DNA of 20,000 bases from an uncultured virus (IMG/VR IMGVR_UViG_2585427945_000001) (Duplodnaviria; Heunggongvirae; Uroviricota; Caudoviricetes), in IMG/VR virus record IMGVR_UViG_2585427945_000001; one strand, 5' to 3'. Below, in pieces: positions 1 through 8,953 of this stretch. Both the position numbers and the translations under genes were made by a program. How positions within the stretch are numbered: position 1 is the first letter of the stretch; every line of letters begins with the position of its first letter. The notes beneath the pieces are model-generated. The model had not been told where the DNA came from, did no database searches, and saw only the letters and a list, made by a program, of their open reading frames with translations.

Positions 1-1961
1 GCCTCCAGCAGCCACCACATGGCGTCGAGTTCTTCCGCCGTCTCCGTGACGAGGGTGAGTGTCCCCTCGCGCGATGTGCGCATGTCGGAGATGACGATGG
101 GCCGAGCACGCCCGCGGACTGCGTTGACGCTCTGCCGCGCCTTCCTCGTCCACGTCGGCTGGCCGCCCTTGGCGACGACGGCCGTCGTCTGGCGGGCCGG
201 CATGCCGGGGTCCTTGAGGACGATCTCCGTCGGGAGCGGCTCCGGGATGGTGATGGGGTCGGACATCGTGCCGTTGCCGGTAGCGCTGGTCGTCCAGAGC
301 TTCAGGTAGTAGGACACGGGGATGCCGAGCGGTGCTTCGTAGTCCTCGACCACGGTACGATCGCCCACCACCGTGTTCTGCGACGTGTCGCCGGACTCGC
401 CGCGTACGGGGGTGAGGTTGCCGTCCGCCTCTACCCGCCACAGGCCCCAGTTGACGTACCCGCCGGCGGTGAGGCCCTGGAGGGCGATGGATGCTCCGTA
501 CTTGTCGGGGATCGGGTCCGCGATAGCCGCAATGCCGCCGGGTGCCATCGTGACGGCGTCGACGTAAATCTGATCACCCGCTGGGGCGTCGATCATCGTC
601 AGGACGAACCGCAGGCCAACGGCACCGTCAGGAGCGGCGGCCGACGAGGGAATGGTGTACCACCCGCCACCGGACGCATTCAGGTGCCATTGCAGGGTGG
701 TGGATCGCATGTCCGCACCCGCAGCATCCACCCACACCAGCCGGGTGCTGAGGGATCGTCCAGTGGTTGCCCCGACCCGGATCCGTGCCGTAACGACGTA
801 GGCCTGGCGGGCGGAGACCGGGGCCGGGACAGCGGTGCTGATGACGGCGTCGCCTGTGGCGGTCGGGGTGATCAGCAGCGAGGCGCTGCCCTCGTAGGCG
901 ATCGTCGTCGACCGACTGATGGTGCAGCCGGAGACCGCCGTCCAGCCGGAGACGTCGACCTCCATCGACTGGGTGTTGTAGTTGATGAGGGAGCCCGCCG
1001 GGACCGGGGCCGTGATGAGCGCCATCCGGTCGAACAGCCACACTTGTCCTGCGACCCCTGCCGCTGCCCGTAGGCGCAGCCGGCCGTTCACGGCGCCTGG
1101 TGGGGCAACTCCGATAGTGGAGATGTACAGCCACTCGTCCGCCGTCGGCGTCCAGGCCGTCGACGGGGAGGACGTCAGGTAGGTGCCAGCCTCGTCGTAC
1201 CACCGCAGTTCAACGCGCACCTCTGCACCTGACACCGTAGCCCCGACAGGGCGCACCATCGCCGACCCCAGGAACTCGGCCCCCGGGACTGTAGGAACGT
1301 TGGCACCCATACCGACCTGGACCTCACCTGCGGCCACCGATGTGGCCTGGAGGCTGTACCACCCTTCGTAGGCGGTAGTTGCTCGGCCCAGGGTGACGTT
1401 TCCCCACGCCGCCCAGCCCGCGCTACTCACCTCCACTGACGAGGTGTTGTACGGCAGCAGGTTCCCGGCAGGGCTGTTGGGCGGGCCGAGCGCGATGGTG
1501 TCCGCGAGCACTGCTGCCCCCGCCGTCAGGCCGGTGACGGTCAACGTTACGGAGGCGTAGTTGGCGCCGGCTGGGGCCGTCCCGATCGGTATCGGCGGCG
1601 GGGCGTTCCACGCGGTGCTGTTGACCAGGGTCACCCCCGCAGACGACAGGGAGCCCAGCGAAGTACCGCCCGTCACGGCGGCATACCAGTCGACACGCAT
1701 GGTGCCAACCCGTCCTGCGGCAGCAACCACGTTGGCCAGCAGGGCGTAGCCGGTGTATTCCTGGCCCGCCGTCACCGGTACACGAGCGACCGTGGTGGCG
1801 GTGACCGAGCCCGCAGCCGTGGCGGTCATAGCCAGGCTGCGGGCCCCCTGGTAGAAGCGGGTGGAATGGCTGAGCGTGGTGTTCGCTCCGGCCATCCACC
1901 CGCTGGTGTCGGTCTCAATACCGCTGGTGTTGGCGTTGAGGAGGTTAGTGGAGACGGTCAT
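1..1961 (-). CDS. Dit-like/minor tail protein with three N-terminal CBM_4_9-like repeats (partial, runs off the window edge; absent from the ORF track)
   Basis: My translation from ATG at 1961 (ATGA overlap with the upstream stop) stays open to position 3: MTVSTNLLNANTSGIETDTSGW...GNLLPYNTSSVEVSSAGW...GSLINYNTQSMEVDVSGW...VVEDYEAPLGIPVSYY...VLKDPGMP...VRGRARPIVISDMRTSREGTLTL. It lies just downstream of the tape measure gene. Confidence 0.8.
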   Translation of the reverse strand, partial: MTVSTNLLNANTSGIETDTSGWMAGANTTLSHSTRFYQGARSLAMTATAAGSVTATTVARVPVTAGQEYTGYALLANVVAAAGRVGTMRVDWYAAVTGGTSLGSLSSAGVTLVNSTAWNAPPPIPIGTAPAGANYASVTLTVTGLTAGAAVLADTIALGPPNSPAGNLLPYNTSSVEVSSAGWAAWGNVTLGRATTAYEGWYSLQATSVAAGEVQVGMGANVPTVPGAEFLGSAMVRPVGATVSGAEVRVELRWYDEAGTYLTSSPSTAWTPTADEWLYISTIGVAPPGAVNGRLRLRAAAGVAGQVWLFDRMALITAPVPAGSLINYNTQSMEVDVSGWTAVSGCTISRSTTIAYEGSASLLITPTATGDAVISTAVPAPVSARQAYVVTARIRVGATTGRSLSTRLVWVDAAGADMRSTTLQWHLNASGGGWYTIPSSAAAPDGAVGLRFVLTMIDAPAGDQIYVDAVTMAPGGIAAIADPIPDKYGASIALQGLTAGGYVNWGLWRVEADGNLTPVRGESGDTSQNTVVGDRTVVEDYEAPLGIPVSYYLKLWTTSATGNGTMSDPITIPEPLPTEIVLKDPGMPARQTTAVVAKGGQPTWTRKARQSVNAVRGRARPIVISDMRTSREGTLTLVTETAEELDAMWWLLE

Positions 1962-2242
1962 TCGCCGTCACCGCCAGTCTCCTCGTCACCCCCACCGTCC
2001 TCACCGGGCTCCGGGTCCTCGTCGGGGTTGGGTACCGGCTCCACATCGTCGGGGTTCGGCACCGGCTCGTCGCGCAGGTCGGGGTTGCCCGCCCCGCCGG
2101 AACCGTCGCCGTCACCGAACCCGTCGTTGTCTCCGAGCATCCACCCCGGGGAGTACCCCCAGCCCGGCGCGACCGGCGGGTCCGGCTCCGGGGGCCCCGC
2201 GTCGTACACGGGCGATACATCGGGCTCAACTGGGGTACCCAT
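1958..2242 (-). CDS. 94-aa acidic, Pro/Gly-rich hypothetical protein
   Basis: ATG at 2242 overlaps the TMP stop (TGATG), and its own stop overlaps the next ATG (ATGA). It fills the gap exactly. Sequence MGTPVEPDVSPVYDAG...GGDGE, the 3' part of track ORF 1958..2491. Confidence 0.7.
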   Translation of the reverse strand: MGTPVEPDVSPVYDAGPPEPDPPVAPGWGYSPGWMLGDNDGFGDGDGSGGAGNPDLRDEPVPNPDDVEPVPNPDEDPEPGEDGGGDEETGGDGE

Positions 2243-5200
2243 CAGGTCCACCGTCCTGTCTCTAGATCTGCTGCCACGTTGTTGTCGTGCACGACGATTT
2301 CCGTCCGCACGATGTCCTCGATCTCTCGGTCCCCGACGAAGACCCTGACGTCCGCCTGGAGCGTCGTCGGACTGGAGCCACCCGCGGACATACCGTTCGT
2401 CGCGCGGGCGATGGCCATGGAATCGGAGTTCGAGTGGACTCGCGTCGGGGTGAGGAACTCCAGCAGTTCCGGCCCCCGCTCCCCGACCCACGCCGTCTCA
2501 CCGAGGCCCGGGAAGCCGCCTGCCGCGTACCCGCCGGGACGGTTGTACGCCTTCGGAAGCGACCCGTACGCGGCCTTCGCGTAGCGCATCGAGGAGAAGA
2601 TGTTGGCCAGCGGGTTGGTCGAGACCCCGTACAGCTTGGGTCCGACGCCCTGCATCTGGCCGGCGTAGGCGTCGAAGGTCGGCCGGATGACCTGCATGAG
2701 GCCGACCGACGGGTGGCCCGCCTGCCAGTTGGAGTCCCAGCGGTTGACAACGTTCGGGTCACCGCCGGACTCCTGCTGCATGCGGCGCAGCGTCAGGTCC
2801 GCGTACGACGCCGGGTTGCCCGTCATCTTGAGGGCCTGCTGCACCGTGCCACGCCAGCGGTTGACGCTCTTGCCGCCACCGCCCCCGGCGCTGCTCAGGT
2901 ACGGCATGGGGTCCACCGTCTTGCCACCGACTCGCGCCTCCAGGTGGAGGTGAGGGCCGGTGACGTTGCCGGTGGCGCCAACCTGTCCGATGACCTCGCC
3001 CTGCCGGACGCTCTTGCCGAGCGTGGCAACGAGGGAGGACATGTGGGCGTAGAGGGACGAGAGCCCACCACCGTGCGCGACCGTGGCGTGTACACCGTAC
3101 GGTCCGCTGCTCCCCGTCGATGCCACCTTGCCGTCGGCCACGGCGCGAATCGCGGTACCCACGGCCGCCGGGAAGTCGAGCCCGGTGTGATGCCCGGAGG
3201 ACCACATCTTGCCCGCGACGCCGAAGCGAGTGCCGTACGGGGCGTTCACGGGCTTGATCCACTGCCCGCTGCCGCCCCCGTCCCCTCCACTGAAGACCTC
3301 GATCGCCTTGTCCTTCAAGGAGTTCAGCACCTTGCCGGGGATCTTGGCGACGGATTTCGACCACGGGTCCGTCAGATACGGCTTCAACTGGCCCGCGATG
3401 TAGTCCTTCGCCTTGCCGAAGATCGCCGTCGGGTCCATGAAGTCGCCGATGCCGGATATGAAGCTGCCGACGTCGTTCGCCTTGTCCTTGAACCAGCCGA
3501 CGATGCCACCGTTCTTGTAGGCCGGCATACCGCCCGCAATCGCCTTCTGAACGCCGCCGACGCCGCCTGAACGAGCAGCGGCATTCCACGCGTTGATCCG
3601 GTCGGCTCCGATTGCCCGGGTCCACTCGGGACGCATGACAGCCTCACCGCCGCCCACGGCGATGACTCGGTCATCACGGCCCGGGGAGTAGCCGGACATG
3701 ATGCCACCCGTGTGGAAGCCCTCAAGGTTCAGCTTCTTCAGCGGGTCGGCGCCTGTGACCTTGGAGACCGCATTCCACAACGGCACGATTCCGCCGTTGT
3801 ACACGTGCTCCATAATGAAACGCACAGGCTTCTTGGCGATATCCTCGACCTTGTCCCAGGCCCGTTTGATCGAGTCCTTGGCGTCGTTGAAGGAATCCGC
3901 CACGGCACTAACGGCCTTCTTGATTCCGTCGAATGCCGGCTTCAGGGCCTTGTCGTAAAGCCAAGTCGCCTTGTCCGCGATCCAGCCGAAGACTGGAGAA
4001 AGCACCTTGTCCCAGAGCCACTTACCGGCGTCGCCCAGCGCCTCGAACTTCTTCTTGGCGTCGTCCATGGCGGGCTTGATGGCCTTGTCGTAAAGCCATC
4101 CTGCCTTGTCGCCGATCCACTGGAAGGCAGGCCGGAGTGCCTTCTCCCACAGCCACGTGGCACCGGCTCCGATGCCACGGAAGGCAGGGCCAAGTGCCTT
4201 GTCCCACAGCCACATCCCGATAGCACCGAGCGCCTTGATAGCGAGCCAGACCGGGAGGAGCAGGAGGGTGATCAGGACTGTGATCAGGATCTGAGCAGCG
4301 TCCGCGATGAAGCTGAAAGCGGGTCGGAGCGCCTTCTCCCACAGCCAGACGGCTGCGGAGCCCACCGCCTGCATCCCCGCCCATATGCCGTCGAATGCCG
4401 GCTTGAGGCCGTTGTCCCAGATCCAGATTGCCGCCGTCTTGATGGCACCTGCGACGGTGTCCACCGCGACGCGGAACCAGTCCCAGTTCTTGTAAGCGTA
4501 GACAACGGCTGCGACGAGAAGGCCGACCACGAGAATGATGGCCCGGATGATGGGGACAATTCCCGTCGCGCTCAATGCCACCGCCCAACCGCTTGTGGCG
4601 ATGGTGGCGACAATCATGACCGACTCGTACAGCACCATAGCGCCTGCGAAAGCGGTCATGCCGAGCGCTATAGCCTTCTGGGCGAAATAGAGCAGCCATA
4701 GCGTCTGAATGAACTCTGGGCAGTTCGTCGCCAGCCACGATATGGCACCGAAGAGCGGGCCCAGAACGTCGAACATCGCCGTCGACAACGGGGAAAGAGC
4801 TTTCGCGGTGTCCAATGCGGCGCGCATGATGTCGCCCAGGAACTCCGCCAGACCAGGTGACGTGTCCTTGACGTACGCGAGGAACCGTTCAAAGTCCGGG
4901 GACCCCTTCAGGCTCGCACCCCACTTGGCGAATCGGCCGGTGATGCGGTCGGAATGCCTGACGATCCCTTCCATGTGCGGGAGGAACGCGTCGATCATCC
5001 CCGTAATGCCCTTGAGGACGTTGCCGAACGCCCGGCCGAACCCCTCAACGGCAGGCTGGACGTTGCCTCGCAAATCCTCCTTGAAGGACACCCAGAAAGG
5101 CTCCTTCATTTCCGCCGACGCACTGTCCTGGAGGGACTCGATCCCCTTCGCAGCACCGAGCGCCAGAGGCGTCAGGCCGGGCAATGTGTTCTTCGCGCTG

Positions 5201-7407
5201 TCCACCCCGCGGGTAAACAGGGGGAGCACGTCGGGCTGGAGAGCGAGGGACCATTCCTTGAACGCCTCGGTCAGCCCTCGCGGGCCGGCGATGGAGTCGT
5301 ACAACGCCCGCTGGGGCGGTGTGAGGTCCGCAAGCGCCTTACGGTACTCGTCAGCCTTGGAGATCGCCTGGACCGTGGTGTCGATCGAGGAGAGCCGGGC
5401 GGACTGCACCGAGCGTTCGGCGGACGCGATGGACTCCGCGGCAGACACTTGTGCGTCGGCAGCCGACTGAACGGCGTCAGCGACCCCTCGTTGGGCGTCG
5501 GCCACAGACTGAGCGGACTCCCGCGGGGAGCGGGCCGCCTTCGACTGGGCGTCGGCCACGGCCATGGCGGCTTCCCGGACCGCCCTCTGAGCGTCGGCCA
5601 GGCCCTCGGTCTGGTCCCGCACCCGCCGCTGTGCGTCAGCCAGTCGGTCGGCTGCTGTGGTGACGGCGTCGGACCCCTCCACGCCGGCCTTACGCATCTT
5701 GCGCGCCTCGGCCTGGAGGTCCGTGTAGCTCTGCTTCTGCTTCTTCTGGCTCTGGATCGCCTGGTCGTAGGCAAGCTGAGCCTTGTCGAAGTCAGTCTGA
5801 CTCATCAGACCGGCGTCGTACCGACCCGTCGCCCGCTGGAGTTCCTCGCGGGCCTCGGTCACCCGCAGCGCTGCCTCACGCTGGTTGAGGGCACCGTCGG
5901 TGAGGCGGTCGTTCAGGTCCTTCAGCGCACGTTCGGCGTCCTTGCGGGCCCGGGTGAGGCCCTCCTCCGCCTCCAGGGCGTTCTGGTTGGCGTCGGTGAG
6001 ACCCTCCTGCGCGTTCCGCACCCGACGATGGGAGTCCACGAGGGACTGCTCAGCACGCTTGATGTCCTCGGCCGACTGCTTGCGCTGGTCCGCTGACCGC
6101 TGAACGGCCTGCTGGACGGCCCGCTCTGCGTCGGCCACCTGACGAGAGGCGGATGCGATGGACCGGGCGGCGTTTCGGTGGGCGGTTGCGAGCGTCGCTT
6201 GTGCGCCAGCCATCTGAAGGGCCCGCTGCGCTGCCTGCTGGTTGACCTTCGCGCTGTTGTCGGTGGCAGTCGTCGCCTCCTTCTCAGCGGCGGTCTTCGC
6301 CTGCATCACCTCCATCACATCCATGACGGCCGGGATGGCGACGAGGGCCACTGCACCGATGCCACCTGCGGCTGCCGTCGCCATGGCGGCTACGGCACCG
6401 AGACCCGCGGCAAGTACGGGCCCGAGGGGGATGGCGGCCAGGACCGCAGCCTGAATCGTCAGGCCCAGCAGGGCACTTGAGGCCCCGGACGTGTCAGCCA
6501 GGGCCTTGATGCGGAAGATCTTGGTGTCGTCCGCCATGGCCTGTAGAGCGGCGAGCTGGGCTGCGGCCCGCTGGGCGTCCACCCGGACGTCGATGTCATG
6601 CCGCTGCACGCTCAGGATCGCGAGGCGCTCTTGCAGATGGTTGATCTTCGCAAGTGCCTCGGTGGCGCTGATGTCGATCCCGATGCGCTTGTCCGACAGC
6701 TCGGTGAGCTGCGCACGAATGCCCTGGATCTGCGCGCGGGCCGGCGATGTGTCGGCGTCGACGTTGATCTCGGGAAGGGATGCCTGCGCCTCCTTGACGG
6801 CCGCACGCATGCGGGCGCCCAGGGTCCCGTCAGTCTCGAACCGGATGTGGCCGGGCCGAGCAGTCAGGAGCGCGATCTCCTCCCGGATCTCCGCCAGAGC
6901 CGCGCGAGCTGTGGCGGTGTCGGCCCGTACCGCGATGTTCGGATGAGCAGCCCCCAGCCGACGGAGCTGCTCCTCCAGCCGCGTGACCTCCGCCTCCGCG
7001 GCTTCAGCGGATACGTCGATACCCACGCGCTTGTTGGAGAGCTGTTCCAGCTTGGCCCGGATGCGGGCGAGCTGGGCGTCTACACCCTCGTCGCTGAGCT
7101 TGACGTCCAGCTTCGGCATGGCCTTGAAGGCCGCTTCGAGCTTCCTCCGGATGCTGCGCGCGAAGGCGCCACCCGCGTCGTCACCCTGCTTGCCCGCTAC
7201 GCGAACACCCACTCGACCACCGTTGACGATGGCGTCGGGGATGGCGATGACGATATTCTTCGATATCGCCTCCCCCATCCGCTTACCGGCGTCCTCGCCG
7301 ACCCTGTCCGCGATGGGAAGAACCATCGCCTTCAGCTTGGTGTGGAACTGGGGGATCACGGGGACGACGTCGACCGCCGCACCACCGACGATGTCAAGGT
7401 CCGGCAC
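2242..7407 (-). CDS. Tape measure protein with C-terminal M23 peptidase and lytic transglycosylase (SLT) domains
   Basis: 1721 aa with Ala-rich coiled-coil segments, hydrophobic stretches and periodic Trp repeats (WLW[ED]KAL.PAF). M23 motifs HTGLDF, YAHMS and GPHLHLE; SLT motifs QQESGGDP and GLMQV. Follows the tail assembly chaperones. Confidence 0.93.
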   Translation of the reverse strand: MPDLDIVGGAAVDVVPVIPQFHTKLKAMVLPIADRVGEDAGKRMGEAISKNIVIAIPDAIVNGGRVGVRVAGKQGDDAGGAFARSIRRKLEAAFKAMPKLDVKLSDEGVDAQLARIRAKLEQLSNKRVGIDVSAEAAEAEVTRLEEQLRRLGAAHPNIAVRADTATARAALAEIREEIALLTARPGHIRFETDGTLGARMRAAVKEAQASLPEINVDADTSPARAQIQGIRAQLTELSDKRIGIDISATEALAKINHLQERLAILSVQRHDIDVRVDAQRAAAQLAALQAMADDTKIFRIKALADTSGASSALLGLTIQAAVLAAIPLGPVLAAGLGAVAAMATAAAGGIGAVALVAIPAVMDVMEVMQAKTAAEKEATTATDNSAKVNQQAAQRALQMAGAQATLATAHRNAARSIASASRQVADAERAVQQAVQRSADQRKQSAEDIKRAEQSLVDSHRRVRNAQEGLTDANQNALEAEEGLTRARKDAERALKDLNDRLTDGALNQREAALRVTEAREELQRATGRYDAGLMSQTDFDKAQLAYDQAIQSQKKQKQSYTDLQAEARKMRKAGVEGSDAVTTAADRLADAQRRVRDQTEGLADAQRAVREAAMAVADAQSKAARSPRESAQSVADAQRGVADAVQSAADAQVSAAESIASAERSVQSARLSSIDTTVQAISKADEYRKALADLTPPQRALYDSIAGPRGLTEAFKEWSLALQPDVLPLFTRGVDSAKNTLPGLTPLALGAAKGIESLQDSASAEMKEPFWVSFKEDLRGNVQPAVEGFGRAFGNVLKGITGMIDAFLPHMEGIVRHSDRITGRFAKWGASLKGSPDFERFLAYVKDTSPGLAEFLGDIMRAALDTAKALSPLSTAMFDVLGPLFGAISWLATNCPEFIQTLWLLYFAQKAIALGMTAFAGAMVLYESVMIVATIATSGWAVALSATGIVPIIRAIILVVGLLVAAVVYAYKNWDWFRVAVDTVAGAIKTAAIWIWDNGLKPAFDGIWAGMQAVGSAAVWLWEKALRPAFSFIADAAQILITVLITLLLLPVWLAIKALGAIGMWLWDKALGPAFRGIGAGATWLWEKALRPAFQWIGDKAGWLYDKAIKPAMDDAKKKFEALGDAGKWLWDKVLSPVFGWIADKATWLYDKALKPAFDGIKKAVSAVADSFNDAKDSIKRAWDKVEDIAKKPVRFIMEHVYNGGIVPLWNAVSKVTGADPLKKLNLEGFHTGGIMSGYSPGRDDRVIAVGGGEAVMRPEWTRAIGADRINAWNAAARSGGVGGVQKAIAGGMPAYKNGGIVGWFKDKANDVGSFISGIGDFMDPTAIFGKAKDYIAGQLKPYLTDPWSKSVAKIPGKVLNSLKDKAIEVFSGGDGGGSGQWIKPVNAPYGTRFGVAGKMWSSGHHTGLDFPAAVGTAIRAVADGKVASTGSSGPYGVHATVAHGGGLSSLYAHMSSLVATLGKSVRQGEVIGQVGATGNVTGPHLHLEARVGGKTVDPMPYLSSAGGGGGKSVNRWRGTVQQALKMTGNPASYADLTLRRMQQESGGDPNVVNRWDSNWQAGHPSVGLMQVIRPTFDAYAGQMQGVGPKLYGVSTNPLANIFSSMRYAKAAYGSLPKAYNRPGGYAAGGFPGLGETAWVGERGPELLEFLTPTRVHSNSDSMAIARATNGMSAGGSSPTTLQADVRVFVGDREIEDIVRTEIVVHDNNVAADLETGRWT

Positions 7408-7865
7408 TACGCCTCCTTTGGCTGGTTCCGCAGACGCGGGTCAAGCGCGCGGCGCTGGTCGTCCGTCATCCCCTTCCGGGGCGTGACGTTGGGGGGGATT
7501 CCGGGGCGTGACGTCGGCGTGAATTCGGGAGGCTTACCGCCGGCGGCTGCGATGGCCACGGAGCGGCTGAGTACGATCTCGTCCCGCAGCTCCGCGAGGA
7601 AGATCTCGACACGGCTCCACGGAGCCAGGTCGGGGCGGTACTCGGTACGAGCCCGCTCCATCTGCTCCGGCGTCACCGCGTTACGCATCTCCGTCTTCGT
7701 CGACGACTCCTGCGGGAGCTTCTCGATCCAGATGCGGAGGGTGCGGAGGGAGACACCCCCGCGGTACACGTCCAGGAGCCTGGCTCCGGGGTAGTACCGC
7801 GGGATGTCAGCCTCTAGCGCTTCCGCGTGCTCTTCGAGGACTTGGCACGTCCAGAGGACTTTCCC
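7407..7865 (-). CDS. Tail assembly chaperone, C-terminal (gpT-like) part reached by -1 frameshift
   Basis: The -1 frame is open from the slippery site (GKVLWTCQVLEEHAEALEADIPRYYPGARLLDVYRGGVSLR...) into track ORF 7407..7769. Its stop overlaps the TMP GTG start (TAGTG). Confidence 0.82.
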   Translation of the reverse strand, partial: GKVLWTCQVLEEHAEALEADIPRYYPGARLLDVYRGGVSLRTLRIWIEKLPQESSTKTEMRNAVTPEQMERARTEYRPDLAPWSRVEIFLAELRDEIVLSRSVAIAAAGGKPPEFTPTSRPGIPPNVTPRKGMTDDQRRALDPRLRNQPKEA

Positions 7866-8134
7866 GGGGCCTCCCCGGTGGACTCCATGGCGGCCGACGT
7901 GAAGTCGTTGATCTCGTCGAAGGTCGGGTCCAGGTCGATGAACGACTGGACGTCGTCCTCATGCAGGACGCCAGCCGCCCACGCGTCGTAGTCGCCGTTC
8001 CGGAGAGCACGGAGGTACGAGGGCCGCCACTTGTTGCCGGGCTTGATCCGCAGCTCAGCGCCACAGAGCGTCGCCGTGCCGTACTCCTCGTTCGCCTCGT
8101 TCTCCTGGGCGTCGGCAGGGGTGATGTCAGTCAT
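7814..8134 (-). CDS. Tail assembly chaperone (gpG-like)
   Basis: 106-aa acidic ORF between the major tail and TMP genes, with an AGGAG RBS and a G GGA AAG site near its end. Confidence 0.85.
   Translation of the reverse strand: MTDITPADAQENEANEEYGTATLCGAELRIKPGNKWRPSYLRALRNGDYDAWAAGVLHEDDVQSFIDLDPTFDEINDFTSAAMESTGEAPGKSSGRAKSSKSTRKR
7859..7865 (-). other. -1 ribosomal frameshift site G GGA AAG
   Basis: CCG GGA AAG in the gpG frame, the same heptamer as the lambda G-T frameshift. Confidence 0.85.
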
Positions 8135-8190
8135 GGGCGCGGGTCTCCTATGTCAGGGGGTAGCTCTGCGCGGGTCTACGTGCAGGGTGA

Positions 8191-8227
8191 AGCGACGCCC
8201 CGGACCCGCGCGGAACGGGGCGTCGCT
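8191..8227 (-). terminator. 12-bp perfect stem-loop downstream of the major tail gene (terminator/attenuator or mRNA stabiliser)
   Basis: agcgacgccccg (8191-8202) and cggggcgtcgct (8216-8227) with a 13-nt loop. No strong U-tract. Confidence 0.5.
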
Positions 8228-8235
8228 GGTCAGTA

Positions 8236-8294
8236 GGTGCGGCCTAGCCCAGGTCGAGGGCCACGGTTCCCGGCGACACCGTCAGGGAGAAGGG
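8236..8294 (-). other. Putative -1 frameshift cassette extending the major tail protein by one Ig beta-strand (...LTVSPGTVALDLG*)
   Basis: C CCT TCT CCC TGA followed 7 nt after the heptamer by stem GGUGUCGCC...GGCCGCACC. The -1 frame ends at TAG 8246-8244. The 31 nt at 8264-8294 match 10955-10985 with one mismatch. Confidence 0.7.
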
Positions 8295-8890
8295 GTGTCA
8301 CCCTCCGCCTCGAAGAAGCCCGAAACGTCTACGCCGCCGTAGTCGATCGAGCGCCTCACAGCACTGGAGTTACCGGCACCCTTGTAGAACTTGAACGTCA
8401 TCTGCACGTTCATGACGTCACTCGTCTGCGGCTGTTCGTCGCCACGCTCGACGACCTTCCCGTTCGGCATGTAGAGCCGCATCCGCTTGTCACCGTCCAG
8501 GGTGTCGAAGACGAATGCGTACCGAAGGTCAGCCGGCTTGTCGGGGAGGGAGTACGTCACGATGTCCTCGGTGGGCTCCAGGGAGGCCACGGGCACGTTG
8601 TCGTACAGGGCCCGGACAAGCGGGGACAGGCCCTCCAGGAAGGTGACCTGCGTGCTCTTGACGCTCTTCGTCATGAGCGTGCGGATGGGCTCCAGAGAAC
8701 CTGCCGCATCGACGTCCTTGGACTCCTCCTCAATCTTGAAGAGGCCGCCGTCGGTCGTCACCCAACCCATGTTCATCCACGGGGTGGCCGGGTCGGCGAA
8801 GTCGACCGGCATCACGGTGTTGATCGGCGCCGCGTACACGAGATAGTCACTTGCGCCGAACGTCAGATCGGCATTGCGGGTGTCCGCCAT
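8282..8890 (-). CDS. Major tail (tube) protein
   Basis: 202 aa with a GGAGG RBS. Motifs WMNMGWVTTDG and LRYAFVFDTLDGDKRMRLYMPNGKVVERGD are typical of actinophage tail tube proteins. Precedes the tail assembly chaperones. Confidence 0.88.
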   Translation of the reverse strand: MADTRNADLTFGASDYLVYAAPINTVMPVDFADPATPWMNMGWVTTDGGLFKIEEESKDVDAAGSLEPIRTLMTKSVKSTQVTFLEGLSPLVRALYDNVPVASLEPTEDIVTYSLPDKPADLRYAFVFDTLDGDKRMRLYMPNGKVVERGDEQPQTSDVMNVQMTFKFYKGAGNSSAVRRSIDYGGVDVSGFFEAEGDTPSP

Positions 8891-8915
8891 GAATGCCTCC
8901 AGGGCATGCGTAGGG

Positions 8916-8939
8916 GCTCCGTGAGTCGACTCACGGAGC
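8916..8939. repeat. 24-bp perfect palindrome upstream of the major tail gene
   Basis: gctccgtgagtc|gactcacggagc. Confidence 0.85.
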
Positions 8940-8953
8940 TAGGTAGTCGGGGG

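Noticed and set aside
3930..4430. Imperfect DNA repeats such as gccttctcccacagcca and gccttgtcgtaaagcca
   Set aside because: They encode the periodic Trp repeats of the tape measure protein. There are no unique spacers, so this is not a CRISPR array.
7859..7865. Tail assembly chaperone frameshift as a novelty
   Set aside because: This is the well-known lambda G/GT-type feature, so it is listed as a feature only.
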